Assembly (NCBI RefSeq): GCF_055900595.2
Contig: NZ_CM148325.1
Direction: 5' to 3' (one strand)
DNA length: 64,000 nucleotides
Shown here: positions 45,574 through 56,877 of the stretch, piece after piece
How the letters are laid out: each line of letters starts with the position of its first letter
How positions within the stretch are numbered: the stretch's first letter is position 1
The notes under the pieces: model-generated
What the model was told of the DNA's origin: nothing
What the model saw: only the letters and a program-made list of their open reading frames with translations
Database searches by the model: none
Translations under genes and position numbers: made by a program

Positions 45574-48500
45574 TTACTTATTTAGCGTCGCACGAATAAT
45601 TGGCCCTATTTTTTCAAACGCCATCGGCGAGATAATATCCACATGCGCGCAATCATGACGATAGATATCCAGCTCCGCAATCCATGGTGCCCAGGCCCGT
45701 TCGGGAGTCATCCCCTCCTGAAGCGTGCGTTCGGCAACAAACAGCGTCGCTTTTCCATCAAACGGAACACTATGGGCAGTGGTCAACAAGCGCACTGCAT
45801 CAGCGTAGTTGCCTTCAATGGTGGTAAACAGCTCCGTTGAAGTATTTCCCTGCTGTGCCGCCAAGAAAGCTTCACGTTCGCGGTTAATCTCCGCCAACAC
45901 TTCCGGGTCCAGACCATTAGCTTCTTTTTCCTGCCAGTTCTGCGTTTCTGGCGGCCAGGTATCCAGCAAGCCAAGAAATGCCACCTGTTCGCCACGGGCA
46001 CGCAGCCGTGCCGCAATCCCCTGCGCCAGCGTACCGCCCAGCGAATACCCCAGCAGGTAATAAGGGCCGTGCGGTTGTTGTTCAAGTAACGTTGCCAGAT
46101 GTGCTTCGCAGACTTCATCCAGGTTTGCCGCCGTCTGCATGGGGCCATGAGGGCGCGGAGACTGGATGCCAATAATCGACCATTGAGGATCGAGATAACG
46201 CGAGAGCACGCTAAACTGCCAGGCAAAACCAGATGCTGGATGGAAACAAAACAGCGTCGGGCCATTACCTTCACGCAACGGCAGGATGGTTTCAAATCCC
46301 ATGCGCTGGGTGCTGTCTTCTTCACCATCAATAACCGTTGCCAGTTTGGCGACGGTTGACGCGACCATCACCTGCCCCGGCGTCACCTGACGGGCAAACT
46401 GTCGACTAAGTTGTGCTGCCAGTTTCATTGCCAGTAGCGAATGACCGCCAAGCGCGAAGAAATCAGCGTCAGCATCCTGCACGTCACAACCCAGCAATGA
46501 CGAGAACGCCGTGGCGATAATCGTTTCACTGCCCGCTTTCGGCGCACGCCCCGACGCTTGTGCCTTCAGTTCCGGCAACGGTAAGGCTTTGCGATCCAGC
46601 TTACCGTTGGCGCTAAGTGGTAACTGCGGCAGTTGCAGCAGAACCACGGGCACCATATGCGGTGGCAATTTTTCGCGAAGCTGCGCCTGCAATGCGCTGG
46701 TATCCAGCGGCAGGCCCGATTGCGACACCAGATAGCCCACCAGTTGACGCGCATCCCCCCCGGTGGCTGCCGCCTGATTAATCACACAAGCGTGGGTAAC
46801 TGCTTGCTCGACATCCGGCAGAGCCTGCATCACGCGATCGATTTCGCCCAGTTCAATCCGCTGACCACGAATTTTTAGCTGATCATCACTACGCCCGAGA
46901 TACTCCACCGCGCCGTTATCCAGCCAGCGGGCAACATCTCCGGTACGGTACATGCGTTCACCTGGCGCGAAAGGATCGGCAATAAAGCGGCTGGCTGTCA
47001 GATCGGGTCGTCCAAGATACCCCTGCGCCAGTTGAATACCGGTGAGATAGAGATCGCCTGCCACACCCGGCGGCACCGGATGCATCATCGCATCGAGAAT
47101 GCGCAGGCCCGTGTTCCACACCGGGTAGCCAATCGGCACACTGCTGCCGCGTACCGCTGCAAGTTCAGCACCAAAGGCTGGATACCAGCTCACATCCACC
47201 GCCGCTTCCGTCGGGCCATAAAGATTATGTAACGGCGCGCCAGTTAACTGCTGCCATTCGCGACATAAATCGGCTGGTAAGGCTTCTCCACTACAGAAAA
47301 CCTGTTTCAACGTCGCGCAACTCTGGCGAGCGGTTTCCGGCGTCAACGAAGCAACAAACGCCGCCAGCATCGACGGTACAAAATGCGTGGTCGTTACGCC
47401 ATATTCAGCAAAGAATTGCTGCATAGCGAACGGATCGCGGTGCGCTTCCGGTTCAGCCATCACCAGTTTCGCCCCTGCAATAAACGGCCAGAAAAACTCC
47501 CACACCGAGACATCAAAACTGCACGGCGTTTTTTGGGCAACAACATCTTCGCCTGTGAGCGGGTAGTGGTTTTGCATCCATAACAGGCGGTTAACGATAG
47601 CCGTCTGCCCGACCATCACCCCTTTCGGCCTGCCGGTGGAACCGGAGGTAAAGATGATATAAGCCGTGTGGTGCGGTTGTGAAAGTTGCAGCGGCGCACT
47701 GCCCTGCGGTGTAAGCGGGGCGTTATAGCAAAGACTGGTTAAATTGGGGATATCGCTAAAGCGCGGCAGTTGATCATCGGTGGTGATTAACAGTGACGGA
47801 CGCGCATCTTCCAGCATCATTTTCAGGCGATCGTCCGGATAGCCCGTATCCAGCGGTAGCCAGGCCGCACCTGCTTCAACTATCGCATGTAGCGCCATAG
47901 TCAAAAAGACCGAGCGCGGTAGTGCCACCGCTACGCTGTCGCCAGGTTTAACGCCGCGCTCACGCAGCAGATTCGCCAGCGCCACCACCTGCTCGCGCAT
48001 TTCCCGATAACTGAACTGGTAACGCACATCTGCCAGTGCCGGAGCATCCGGCGTTTTTGCCGCCTGTTCTGCCACCAGCGCGCTCAGTGTGGTTTCTGGA
48101 ATCTCAACCTGAGTGGCGTTGATCTGCGCCAGCTGTGCATACTCTTCTGGCAGCAGAATATCGACATCGCCGCACAACCGCGCCGGATCCGCGGCAAACT
48201 GCGCCGTCAGCATTTTCAGCCGTTCAGCATGCTTGATTAACGTTGGCTCATCGTAACGCTGTTTATTGGCGAGGATCTCAATACTCAAATCACCGTTTTC
48301 ATCCGGGAAAAGGGCCAGTTCAAGGTCATTAACCGGACCGGTTGCCAGGGTATGGGTTTGCGCCTGTACCCCCGGAATATCTAACTGATAATCAAATACT
48401 TTAATATTGAGCACCGGACCGAACAGCGGTTCCTCTCCCGCCGCGCGCCCGCTGTCACGGACAATTTGTTCGGCATCGTAACGTTGATGACGACGCATTT

Positions 48501-49455
48501 TTTTCAGTTGTGCCGCTAGTCGTGCTGCCAGTTGCGGCAATGTTTCTTGTGCCTCAATGTGAATACCCAACGGCAACACGTTGAGCACGGGTCCGGTAGC
48601 CGTCAGCGCCGCTGAGCCCAGTCGACGCATAAAGATAAATCCGGCGGCGTAGTCCATGCGGCTGCACAATCGCCCCAGCCACAAAGCCGCCAGCGCAAGG
48701 GCTATATCGGTACGTTGTACACCTGAAAGTTGCGTAGCCAACTGGCGGAATTCCCCGCCGTTAAATTCCAGTTTCAGACGCAAAATATCTGCCGAGGCGC
48801 TGCGCCCCGGTAAAGGGGCTGGAGAAAGTGACGCGGGCGGTGGTAGTTGACGACGCTGTTCCGCCCAGAATGCCGCATCACGCTGCCAGGCTTCGCTTTC
48901 GCGGTACTGCTGGTACTCTTCCACGACATCAGCGAAAGGCGTAAACGGCGAAGCAGGCGTTGGTTCGCCACACCCCCATGCACAGTAAATGTTGGCGATC
49001 TGGCGGGTAATGACCGGGAAACTGAAGCCATCGACCAGCAAATGGTGGTAACGCTGATACCAGTACCAGCGGTTATCTGCCACCTGTATCAGTTGATGAA
49101 AAACCAGAGGTTTACCGCTATCGACGCGCAGATCTTGTTGCAAATCCGCCTGCATTAATGCCTGCGCAGTACCGTGCGGATCAATGTTGGTTCGCAGGTC
49201 GATAATTTCTGGCAGTTCGAACGTCAGCGCATCATCGACCCATTGCCAGACTTCGCCGTTATCTTCCGTAAAACGCATCCGCAGCGTATCTGCTTGCGCT
49301 AATCCGGCAACCACCGCGCGAGCCAGTAATGGCGCATCAACATCTCCGGTTAACTCAACGTAATGCGCCACGCTCCAGGCGGAGGGTAAATCCGACAGTT
49401 TTTCTGCCATCCAGATGCCGGGCTGTGCGGCAACTAAAGGTAAATGCTGGCTCAT
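45574..49455 (-). CDS. entF: Enterobactin synthase component F (NRPS: C-A-PCP-TE, serine-activating)
   Basis: Trimmed from a 1339-aa ORF to MSQHLPLVAAQPGIWMAEKL... (1293 aa); NRPS motifs HHLLVDG, SGSTGRPKG, LGGHSLLA, thioesterase GYSLGG. Confidence 0.95.
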   Translation of the reverse strand: MSQHLPLVAAQPGIWMAEKLSDLPSAWSVAHYVELTGDVDAPLLARAVVAGLAQADTLRMRFTEDNGEVWQWVDDALTFELPEIIDLRTNIDPHGTAQALMQADLQQDLRVDSGKPLVFHQLIQVADNRWYWYQRYHHLLVDGFSFPVITRQIANIYCAWGCGEPTPASPFTPFADVVEEYQQYRESEAWQRDAAFWAEQRRQLPPPASLSPAPLPGRSASADILRLKLEFNGGEFRQLATQLSGVQRTDIALALAALWLGRLCSRMDYAAGFIFMRRLGSAALTATGPVLNVLPLGIHIEAQETLPQLAARLAAQLKKMRRHQRYDAEQIVRDSGRAAGEEPLFGPVLNIKVFDYQLDIPGVQAQTHTLATGPVNDLELALFPDENGDLSIEILANKQRYDEPTLIKHAERLKMLTAQFAADPARLCGDVDILLPEEYAQLAQINATQVEIPETTLSALVAEQAAKTPDAPALADVRYQFSYREMREQVVALANLLRERGVKPGDSVAVALPRSVFLTMALHAIVEAGAAWLPLDTGYPDDRLKMMLEDARPSLLITTDDQLPRFSDIPNLTSLCYNAPLTPQGSAPLQLSQPHHTAYIIFTSGSTGRPKGVMVGQTAIVNRLLWMQNHYPLTGEDVVAQKTPCSFDVSVWEFFWPFIAGAKLVMAEPEAHRDPFAMQQFFAEYGVTTTHFVPSMLAAFVASLTPETARQSCATLKQVFCSGEALPADLCREWQQLTGAPLHNLYGPTEAAVDVSWYPAFGAELAAVRGSSVPIGYPVWNTGLRILDAMMHPVPPGVAGDLYLTGIQLAQGYLGRPDLTASRFIADPFAPGERMYRTGDVARWLDNGAVEYLGRSDDQLKIRGQRIELGEIDRVMQALPDVEQAVTHACVINQAAATGGDARQLVGYLVSQSGLPLDTSALQAQLREKLPPHMVPVVLLQLPQLPLSANGKLDRKALPLPELKAQASGRAPKAGSETIIATAFSSLLGCDVQDADADFFALGGHSLLAMKLAAQLSRQFARQVTPGQVMVASTVAKLATVIDGEEDSTQRMGFETILPLREGNGPTLFCFHPASGFAWQFSVLSRYLDPQWSIIGIQSPRPHGPMQTAANLDEVCEAHLATLLEQQPHGPYYLLGYSLGGTLAQGIAARLRARGEQVAFLGLLDTWPPETQNWQEKEANGLDPEVLAEINREREAFLAAQQGNTSTELFTTIEGNYADAVRLLTTAHSVPFDGKATLFVAERTLQEGMTPERAWAPWIAELDIYRHDCAHVDIISPMAFEKIGPIIRATLNK

Positions 49456-49670
49456 TGCGCCTCCTGCTGCTGGATGAAATTCGCCGGTGTCAGAGTACGC
49501 CAGTGGGCGTCCAGCCACTGCTGGCAGGACGCCTGTGACTGCGGCTGACACACAACATCCCAGCCTGCCGGTAAGGCGCACTGTTGCGGCCACAGACTGA
49601 ATTGCCCCTGCGCATTGCGTAAAATGTAAAACACGCCCTGCGGATCATCGAAGGGATTACTGAATGCCAT
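49452..49670 (-). CDS. ybdZ: MbtH-like protein (enterobactin biosynthesis accessory)
   Basis: 72-aa MAFSNPFDDPQGVFYILRNAQGQFSLWP...; stop overlaps the entF start (ATGA). Confidence 0.9.
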   Translation of the reverse strand: MAFSNPFDDPQGVFYILRNAQGQFSLWPQQCALPAGWDVVCQPQSQASCQQWLDAHWRTLTPANFIQQQEAQ

Positions 49671-49672
49671 AT

Positions 49673-50875
49673 TCAACTCCTGTCATGGAAAAGTGGTTGC
49701 CAGAGGTCGATTAGCCCCTGCATCAAGCCACCGCGCCAACAAAGCGCATCATGTCCGCCGTCAACCTGACGCCAGAAAATGGATTCTTTTAGGGGGGGTA
49801 ATTGCGCATACAGCGCCTGATTGGCCCGCATAATCATCGGCTCGCGAAGACCCGCTTCCAGCACAATGCGCAGACCTTCGGCGCTAACTTCACCAGCTTT
49901 GAGCTGTTCAAGTAACATGCCCTCTTGCTGACCGCTCCGGTGCGGCCACCAGTACGATCCCGACTGGCTTAATACACAGCCAAAGCGTTCAGGCCAGTGC
50001 AGTCCGGCATACAGCGCGGAAAGCCCACCAAAACTCTGCCCGGCGACCACAGTACGATCGGCGCGATCGCTAAAGGGGGCGATAGTTTTCACCTGGGGTA
50101 ATAACTCTTGCTGTACTGCCAGCCAGAAATCCGCATTACATGGCAGTTCGTGGGCACGTTGCGTGGTGTCGATAGCGTCGATCAACACGTACACGGCGGG
50201 AGGAAGTTGCTGACGATGGGTCAACGAAGTCAGCGCAGGCCAGACGGGCATACTCTGCGCCCAAAATTCGCCATCAAGTAAAACTGCCAGCGGACGTTCT
50301 TCTGCTGTTGCATCGCCGGTGGTAAAAATCCATACACGGCGTGAATTTTTCAACCGTTCACTTTTCCAGATAATTTCTTTGGCAGGCGTTTCTGGCGCTT
50401 GCGGACAATCCCATCCTGGTTGCAGGGGCGCTTGCGGCATTTCGAGTGCAGAAACAGCGTGCCCTCGCCCGCCTTTCCAGCTTTGTGGATTCAGCGGATC
50501 GGCTATCGCCAGGGGTAATAGTTTTCGCCAGCCTTCGCGCAATTCGAGGCGATCAGGTGATGGAGCAGAAAAAATGTCATCACGTTCGGTAGGAATAAAA
50601 CAGTAGCTGCCGCGCCAGTTGGCATTGAGTTGTGTCGTCCACTGCCAGACATCGGTCCCTGCAATTCGCTGCATCGACTGGGGCTGGCTGTTCTGATGGT
50701 GATCGGTCACGCCAGTGATATAGACCCATACGCGCTTTATCGTCGAGTGGTCTTCAGAACCTTGTGGATCACGCCACCAGAAAGTGACCTGATACATTTC
50801 GTCATTCAGACGCTGACATTCCGGGCCATGTTTCGACTGCCACCAGCTCTCACTTCCTACTTTTAACGCCGTCAC
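49673..50875 (-). CDS. fes: Enterochelin (ferric enterobactin) esterase
   Basis: 400-aa ORF from GTG (MTALKVGSESWW...); an alternative ATG 26 codons in would give a 374-aa product; esterase GQSFGG motif. Confidence 0.9.
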   Translation of the reverse strand: MTALKVGSESWWQSKHGPECQRLNDEMYQVTFWWRDPQGSEDHSTIKRVWVYITGVTDHHQNSQPQSMQRIAGTDVWQWTTQLNANWRGSYCFIPTERDDIFSAPSPDRLELREGWRKLLPLAIADPLNPQSWKGGRGHAVSALEMPQAPLQPGWDCPQAPETPAKEIIWKSERLKNSRRVWIFTTGDATAEERPLAVLLDGEFWAQSMPVWPALTSLTHRQQLPPAVYVLIDAIDTTQRAHELPCNADFWLAVQQELLPQVKTIAPFSDRADRTVVAGQSFGGLSALYAGLHWPERFGCVLSQSGSYWWPHRSGQQEGMLLEQLKAGEVSAEGLRIVLEAGLREPMIMRANQALYAQLPPLKESIFWRQVDGGHDALCWRGGLMQGLIDLWQPLFHDRS

Positions 50876-50919
50876 ACCATAACCCCATGTTTACTGTGCA
50901 ATTTTTCATTGATTGCAGA

Positions 50920-50965
50920 AATATATTGATAATATTATTGATAACTATTTGCATTTGCAATAGCG
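50920..50965. promoter_or_regulatory. Fur boxes in the bidirectional fes / fepA promoter region
   Basis: tattgataatattattgataactatttgcatttgcaat contains tandem Fur-type GATAAT repeats. Confidence 0.8.
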
Positions 50966-51117
50966 TAATGGCGCGCCGTGGGAAGCGCGGACATTAATTA
51001 ACCAACTGCACTGCGTGTCTTTCAGGATCAAAGGTTTTCGCGGTAGCGGGATACGTCGTATTGATGACGACTACGCCCGACAGTTGCAATTCGTGGCAAA
51101 AATGCAGGAATAAAACA

Positions 51118-53358
51118 ATGAACAAGAAGATTCATTCCCTGGCCTTGTTGGTCAATCTGGGGATTTATGGGGTAGCGCAGGCACAAGAGCCAACCGATAC
51201 TCCTGTTTCACATGACGATACTATTGTCGTTACCGCCGCCGAGCAGAACTTGCAGGCGCCAGGCGTTTCGACCATCACCGCAGATGAAATCCGCAAAAAC
51301 CCGGTTGCCCGCGATGTATCGGAGATCATTCGTACCATGCCTGGCGTTAACCTGACAGGTAACTCCACTAGTGGTCAGCGTGGTAATAACCGCCAGATTG
51401 ATATTCGCGGCATGGGTCCGGAAAACACGCTGATTTTGATTGACGGTAAGCCTGTCAGCAGCCGTAACTCGGTGCGTCAGGGCTGGCGTGGCGAGCGTGA
51501 TACCCGTGGTGATACCTCCTGGGTGCCGCCTGAAATGATTGAACGTATTGAAGTTCTGCGTGGTCCGGCAGCTGCGCGTTATGGCAACGGCGCGGCGGGC
51601 GGCGTGGTTAACATCATTACCAAAAAAGGCAGCGGCGAGTGGCACGGCTCCTGGGATGCTTATTTCAATGCGCCAGAGCATAAAGAGGAAGGTGCCACCA
51701 AACGCACCAATTTCAGCTTGACCGGTCCGCTGGGCGACCAATTCAGCTTCCGTTTATATGGCAACCTCGACAAAACTCAGGCTGATGCGTGGGATATTAA
51801 CCAGGGCCATCAGTCAGCGCGTGCCGGAACGTATGCCACGACGTTACCAGCCGGGCGCGAAGGGGTGATCAACAAAGATATCAATGGCGTGGTGCGTTGG
51901 GACTTCGCCCCTATGCAATCACTCGAACTTGAAGCGGGCTACAGCCGCCAGGGTAACCTGTATGCGGGTGACACCCAGAACACCAACTCTGACGCTTACA
52001 CTCGCTCTAAATATGGCGATGAAACCAACCGCCTGTATCGCCAGAACTACTCGCTGACCTGGAACGGTGGCTGGGATAACGGCGTGACCACCAGCAATTG
52101 GGTGCAGTACGAACACACCCGTAACTCGCGTATACCGGAAGGTTTGGCGGGCGGCACCGAAGGGAAATTTAACGAAAAAGCGACACAAGATTTCGTCGAT
52201 ATCGATCTTGATGACGTGATGTTGCACAGCGAAGTTAACCTGCCGATTGATTTCCTCGTTAACCAGACGCTGACGCTGGGGACTGAGTGGAATCAGCAGC
52301 GGATGAAGGACTTAAGTTCCAACACCCAGGCGCTGACCGGAACGAATACCGGCGGTGCTATTGATGGTGTAAGTGCCACTGACCGTAGCCCATATTCAAA
52401 GGCAGAAATTTTCTCGCTATTTGCCGAAAACAACATGGAGCTGACTGACAGCACCATCGTAACGCCGGGGCTGCGTTTCGATCATCACAGCATTGTCGGC
52501 AATAACTGGAGTCCGGCGCTGAATATATCGCAAGGTTTAGGCGATGACTTCACGCTGAAAATGGGCATCGCCCGTGCTTATAAAGCGCCGAGCCTGTACC
52601 AGACTAACCCGAACTACATTCTCTACAGTAAAGGTCAGGGCTGCTATGCCAGCGCGGGCGGCTGCTATTTGCAAGGTAATGATGACCTGAAAGCGGAAAC
52701 CAGCATCAACAAAGAGATTGGTCTGGAGTTCAAACGCGACGGCTGGCTGGCGGGCGTCACCTGGTTCCGTAACGATTATCGCAATAAGATTGAAGCGGGC
52801 TATGTGGCTGTAGGGCAAAACGCAGTCGGCACCGATCTCTATCAGTGGGATAACGTGCCGAAAGCGGTGGTTGAAGGTCTGGAAGGATCGTTAAACGTAC
52901 CGGTTAGCGAAACGGTGATGTGGACCAACAACATCACTTATATGCTGAAGAGTGAAAACAAAACCACGGGCGACCGTTTGTCGATCATCCCGGAATATAC
53001 GTTGAACTCAACGCTGAGCTGGCAGGCACGGGAAGATTTGTCGATGCAAACGACCTTCACCTGGTACGGCAAGCAGCAGCCGAAGAAGTACAACTATAAA
53101 GGTCAGCCAGCGGTTGGACCGGAAACCAAAGAAATTAGCCCTTACAGCATTGTTGGCCTGAGCGCGACCTGGGATGTGACGAAGAATGTCAGTCTGACCG
53201 GCGGCGTGGACAACCTGTTCGACAAGCGTTTGTGGCGTGCGGGTAATGCCCAGACCACGGGCGATTTGGCAGGAGCCAACTATATCGCGGGTGCCGGCGC
53301 GTATACCTATAACGAGCCGGGACGTACGTGGTATATGAGCGTAAACACTCACTTCTGA
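51118..53358 (+). CDS. fepA: TonB-dependent ferric enterobactin outer-membrane receptor
   Basis: Trimmed to MNKKIHSLALLVNLGIYGVAQA (signal peptide), 746 aa; TonB box DTIVVTA; terminal aromatic F. Confidence 0.95.
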   Translation: MNKKIHSLALLVNLGIYGVAQAQEPTDTPVSHDDTIVVTAAEQNLQAPGVSTITADEIRKNPVARDVSEIIRTMPGVNLTGNSTSGQRGNNRQIDIRGMGPENTLILIDGKPVSSRNSVRQGWRGERDTRGDTSWVPPEMIERIEVLRGPAAARYGNGAAGGVVNIITKKGSGEWHGSWDAYFNAPEHKEEGATKRTNFSLTGPLGDQFSFRLYGNLDKTQADAWDINQGHQSARAGTYATTLPAGREGVINKDINGVVRWDFAPMQSLELEAGYSRQGNLYAGDTQNTNSDAYTRSKYGDETNRLYRQNYSLTWNGGWDNGVTTSNWVQYEHTRNSRIPEGLAGGTEGKFNEKATQDFVDIDLDDVMLHSEVNLPIDFLVNQTLTLGTEWNQQRMKDLSSNTQALTGTNTGGAIDGVSATDRSPYSKAEIFSLFAENNMELTDSTIVTPGLRFDHHSIVGNNWSPALNISQGLGDDFTLKMGIARAYKAPSLYQTNPNYILYSKGQGCYASAGGCYLQGNDDLKAETSINKEIGLEFKRDGWLAGVTWFRNDYRNKIEAGYVAVGQNAVGTDLYQWDNVPKAVVEGLEGSLNVPVSETVMWTNNITYMLKSENKTTGDRLSIIPEYTLNSTLSWQAREDLSMQTTFTWYGKQQPKKYNYKGQPAVGPETKEISPYSIVGLSATWDVTKNVSLTGGVDNLFDKRLWRAGNAQTTGDLAGANYIAGAGAYTYNEPGRTWYMSVNTHF

Positions 53359-53397
53359 TGCTAACGTCAGATTGTTGACAAAGTGCGCGTCGTTCAT

Positions 53398-53496
53398 GCC
53401 GGATGCGGCGTGAACGCCTTATCCGGCCTACAAAAATCTTGCCAATTCAATATATTGCAGGATAGTGTAGGCCTGATAAGCGTAGCGCATCAGGCA
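53398..53496. repeat. REP/BIME pair (inverted REP units) between fepA and entD
   Basis: gccggatgcggcgtgaacgccttatccggcctac ... gtaggcctgataagcgtagcgcatcaggca: canonical enterobacterial REP sequence. Confidence 0.85.
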
Positions 53497-53523
53497 GTTT
53501 TGCGTTTGTCATCAGTCTCTAAT

Positions 53524-54153
53524 ATGGTCGACATGAAAACTACGCATACCTCCCTCCCCTTTGCAGGACATACGCTGCATTTTGTTGAGTTCGATCCAGT
53601 GAGTTTTCGCGAGCAGGATTTACTCTGGCTGCCACACTACGCACAACTGCAACACGCTGGACGTAAACGTAAAACAGAGCATTTAGCCGGACGGATCGCT
53701 GCTGTTTACGCCTTGCGGGAATATGGCTATAAATGTGTGCCCGCAATCGGCGAGCTACGCCAACCTGTGTGGCCTGCGGAGGTATACGGCAGTATTAGCC
53801 ACTGCGGGACTACGGCATTAGCCGTGGTATCTCGTCAACCGATTGGCATTGATATCGAAGAGATTTTCTCTGTACAAACCGCAAGAGAATTGACAGACAA
53901 CATTATTACACCAGCAGAACACGAGCGACTCGCAGAATGCGGTTTAACCTTTTCTCTGGCGCTGACACTGGCATTTTCCGCCAAAGAGAGCGCATTTAAG
54001 GCAAGCAAGATACAGGCCGCTCAAGGTTTTCTGGATTATCAGATAATTAGCTGGAATAAACAGCAGATCATCATTCGACTAGAGGATGAGCAGTTTGCTG
54101 TGCACTGGCAGATAAAAGAAAAAATAGTCATAACGCTGTGCCAACACGATTAA
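53524..54153 (+). CDS. entD: 4'-phosphopantetheinyl transferase for EntB/EntF
   Basis: Trimmed to MVDMKTTHTSLPFAGHTLHF... (209 aa); the supplied ORF extends upstream across the REP. Confidence 0.9.
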   Translation: MVDMKTTHTSLPFAGHTLHFVEFDPVSFREQDLLWLPHYAQLQHAGRKRKTEHLAGRIAAVYALREYGYKCVPAIGELRQPVWPAEVYGSISHCGTTALAVVSRQPIGIDIEEIFSVQTARELTDNIITPAEHERLAECGLTFSLALTLAFSAKESAFKASKIQAAQGFLDYQIISWNKQQIIIRLEDEQFAVHWQIKEKIVITLCQHD

Positions 54154-54274
54154 TTGACAACATCTGGTACGATTCGCCCGCAGCCATCACTGACCACGGG
54201 CGAAAGTGTAAAGCAGGTGCCTTACCATCCTGACCTGACAACCGGATATGCGGGGATTGCTCCCCGCACAACGG

Positions 54275-54427
54275 CTACTTCTTCGGTTCGTAAGCGAGAA
54301 CAGCCTTAAACTCAATATTACGTTCCTTTACGGTAAACTCACACAGCGAGTCGCCGACCAGAAGCGTAAATCCCAGCACTGTCAAACATAGCACTATGAC
54401 CGCCACAAGGGCATATTTCGTCAGCAT
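54275..54427 (-). CDS. hokE: Hok/Gef-family type I toxin (50 aa), copy 1
   Basis: [50 protein letters not shown]: single TM helix, conserved Hok C-terminus; the in-frame upstream extension (to 54571) is treated as leader, not Hok. Confidence 0.88.
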   Translation of the reverse strand: MLTKYALVAVIVLCLTVLGFTLLVGDSLCEFTVKERNIEFKAVLAYEPKK

Positions 54428-54776
54428 GTTTATATTGCCTCCATGCGAAGAAGGGACTACCATCCAAATTGTCTGGTTTGGAGTGGCGGCCCCAGGGTTG
54501 ATAGAAATATCTCCTGGGGCTTCATCTTTCCAGACCTCAGAGTAAACCTGAAACCGGAAAGCTTCAGGCACCCGCCGTTATCTTACCCTTCCTTAGCAAA
54601 ATAGCTGTTTATTTATACAGTAAATCCTGTTCCGGACTTTTCATTGGTATTATCGCCCATGCCAGTTAAACGAAATCGCCCGCAGCCATTGCTGACCGCG
54701 GGCGAAAATGTAAAGCAGGTGCCTTACCATCCTGACCTGACAACCGGATATGCGGGGATTACTCCCCGCACAGCGG

Positions 54777-54929
54777 CTACTTCTTCGGTTCGTAAGCGAG
54801 AACAGCCTTAAACTCAATATTACGTTCCTTCACCGTAAACTCACACAGCGAGTCTCCGACCAGAAGCGTAAATCCCAGCACCGTCAAACACTGCACTATG
54901 ACTGCCACAAGGGCATATTTCGTCAGCAT
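54777..54929 (-). CDS. Hok/Gef-family type I toxin (50 aa), copy 2 (paralogue from the tandem duplication)
   Basis: [50 protein letters not shown]: differs from copy 1 by L13Q plus synonymous changes. Confidence 0.85.
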   Translation of the reverse strand: MLTKYALVAVIVQCLTVLGFTLLVGDSLCEFTVKERNIEFKAVLAYEPKK

Positions 54930-55371
54930 GTTTATATTGCCTCCATGCGAAGAAGGGACTACCATCCAAATTGTTCGGGTTTGGAGTGGCAGCCCCAGGG
55001 TTGATAGAAATATCTCCTGGGGCTTCATCTTTCCAGACCTCAGAGTAAACCTGAAACCGGAAAGCTTCAGGCACCCGCAGTCATCTTACCCTTCCTTAGC
55101 AAAATAGCTGTTTATTTATACAGTTGGTCTTATTTCGGACTTCTCACTACGCATTAGATCAACCGAAACTAAGCCAGTTTTTCCTTCGCCCCTCAATCAT
55201 CAAAATTCTCCGCCGCCAGCCAGCTCTGCCATAACTTGGCACATTGCAAAAGTAGCCAAACTTCTTCAGTCACAATCAGTTCACCATCACCAAAAAAAAG
55301 AAACATTCCAGAACTTCCGCATCTCCCCCGGCCGCTCCCACTTCTATACTGAAATGAAAACGCCAACATAA

Positions 55372-56499
<1,128 letters not shown>

Positions 56500-56564
56500 G
56501 TCGGGAATTGCCTTACAGAAGAATATCCCTGACAATGGTGTTTTAACTTACATTTAACAATGTT

Positions 56565-56813
56565 ATGAAACACCCTTTAGAAACCTTAACCACCGCAGCA
56601 GGCATTTTGCTGATGGCTTTCCTTTCTTGCCTGCTGCTGCCCGCCCCCGCACTGGGACTGACGCTGGCACAAAAACTGGTGACCACGTTCCATCTGATGG
56701 ATCTTAGCCAGCTTTACACTTTATTGTTTTGCCTGTGGTTTTTAGTGCTGGGCGCAATTGAGTATTTTGTTCTGCGCTTTATCTGGCGACGCTGGTTCTC
56801 GCTGGCGGATTAA
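56565..56813 (+). CDS. ybdJ: Small inner-membrane protein YbdJ (DUF1158)
   Basis: 82-aa hydrophobic ORF matching YbdJ. Confidence 0.8.
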   Translation: MKHPLETLTTAAGILLMAFLSCLLLPAPALGLTLAQKLVTTFHLMDLSQLYTLLFCLWFLVLGAIEYFVLRFIWRRWFSLAD

Positions 56814-56877
56814 ACGTCGATTATCGCCGTACTTCACGGCATACTTTGCTTATTCTCCTTCGCCTAAAGGAACGTTT

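Larger units (their letters stand above)
54160..55160. repeat. Tandem direct duplication (~500 bp unit x2) of a hok toxin locus
   Basis: 54160..54661 and 54662..55160 align along their length with scattered substitutions (~95% identity by eye); each copy holds a complete hok ORF plus leader and 3' hairpins. Confidence 0.85.

Noticed and set aside
53398-53496. REP pairs considered as a possible miniature transposable element (also 59409..59487)
   Set aside because: They match canonical enterobacterial REP/BIME units in convergent or operon spacers, with no terminal inverted repeats, target-site duplications or transposase nearby.
54428-54571. Reading the 98-aa and 83-aa ORFs as the hok gene products
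   Set aside because: Hok-family toxins are ~50 aa. The conserved [12 protein letters not shown]... start lies at the internal ATG, and the upstream in-frame stretch is better explained as the mok/leader region of a hok locus.
54750-55107. Plus-strand ORFs (84 aa and 69 aa) across hok copy 2, considered as possible protein genes
   Set aside because: They are antisense to the hok coding and leader sequence and have no RBS or protein similarity; any plus-strand function here is more likely an antisense RNA.
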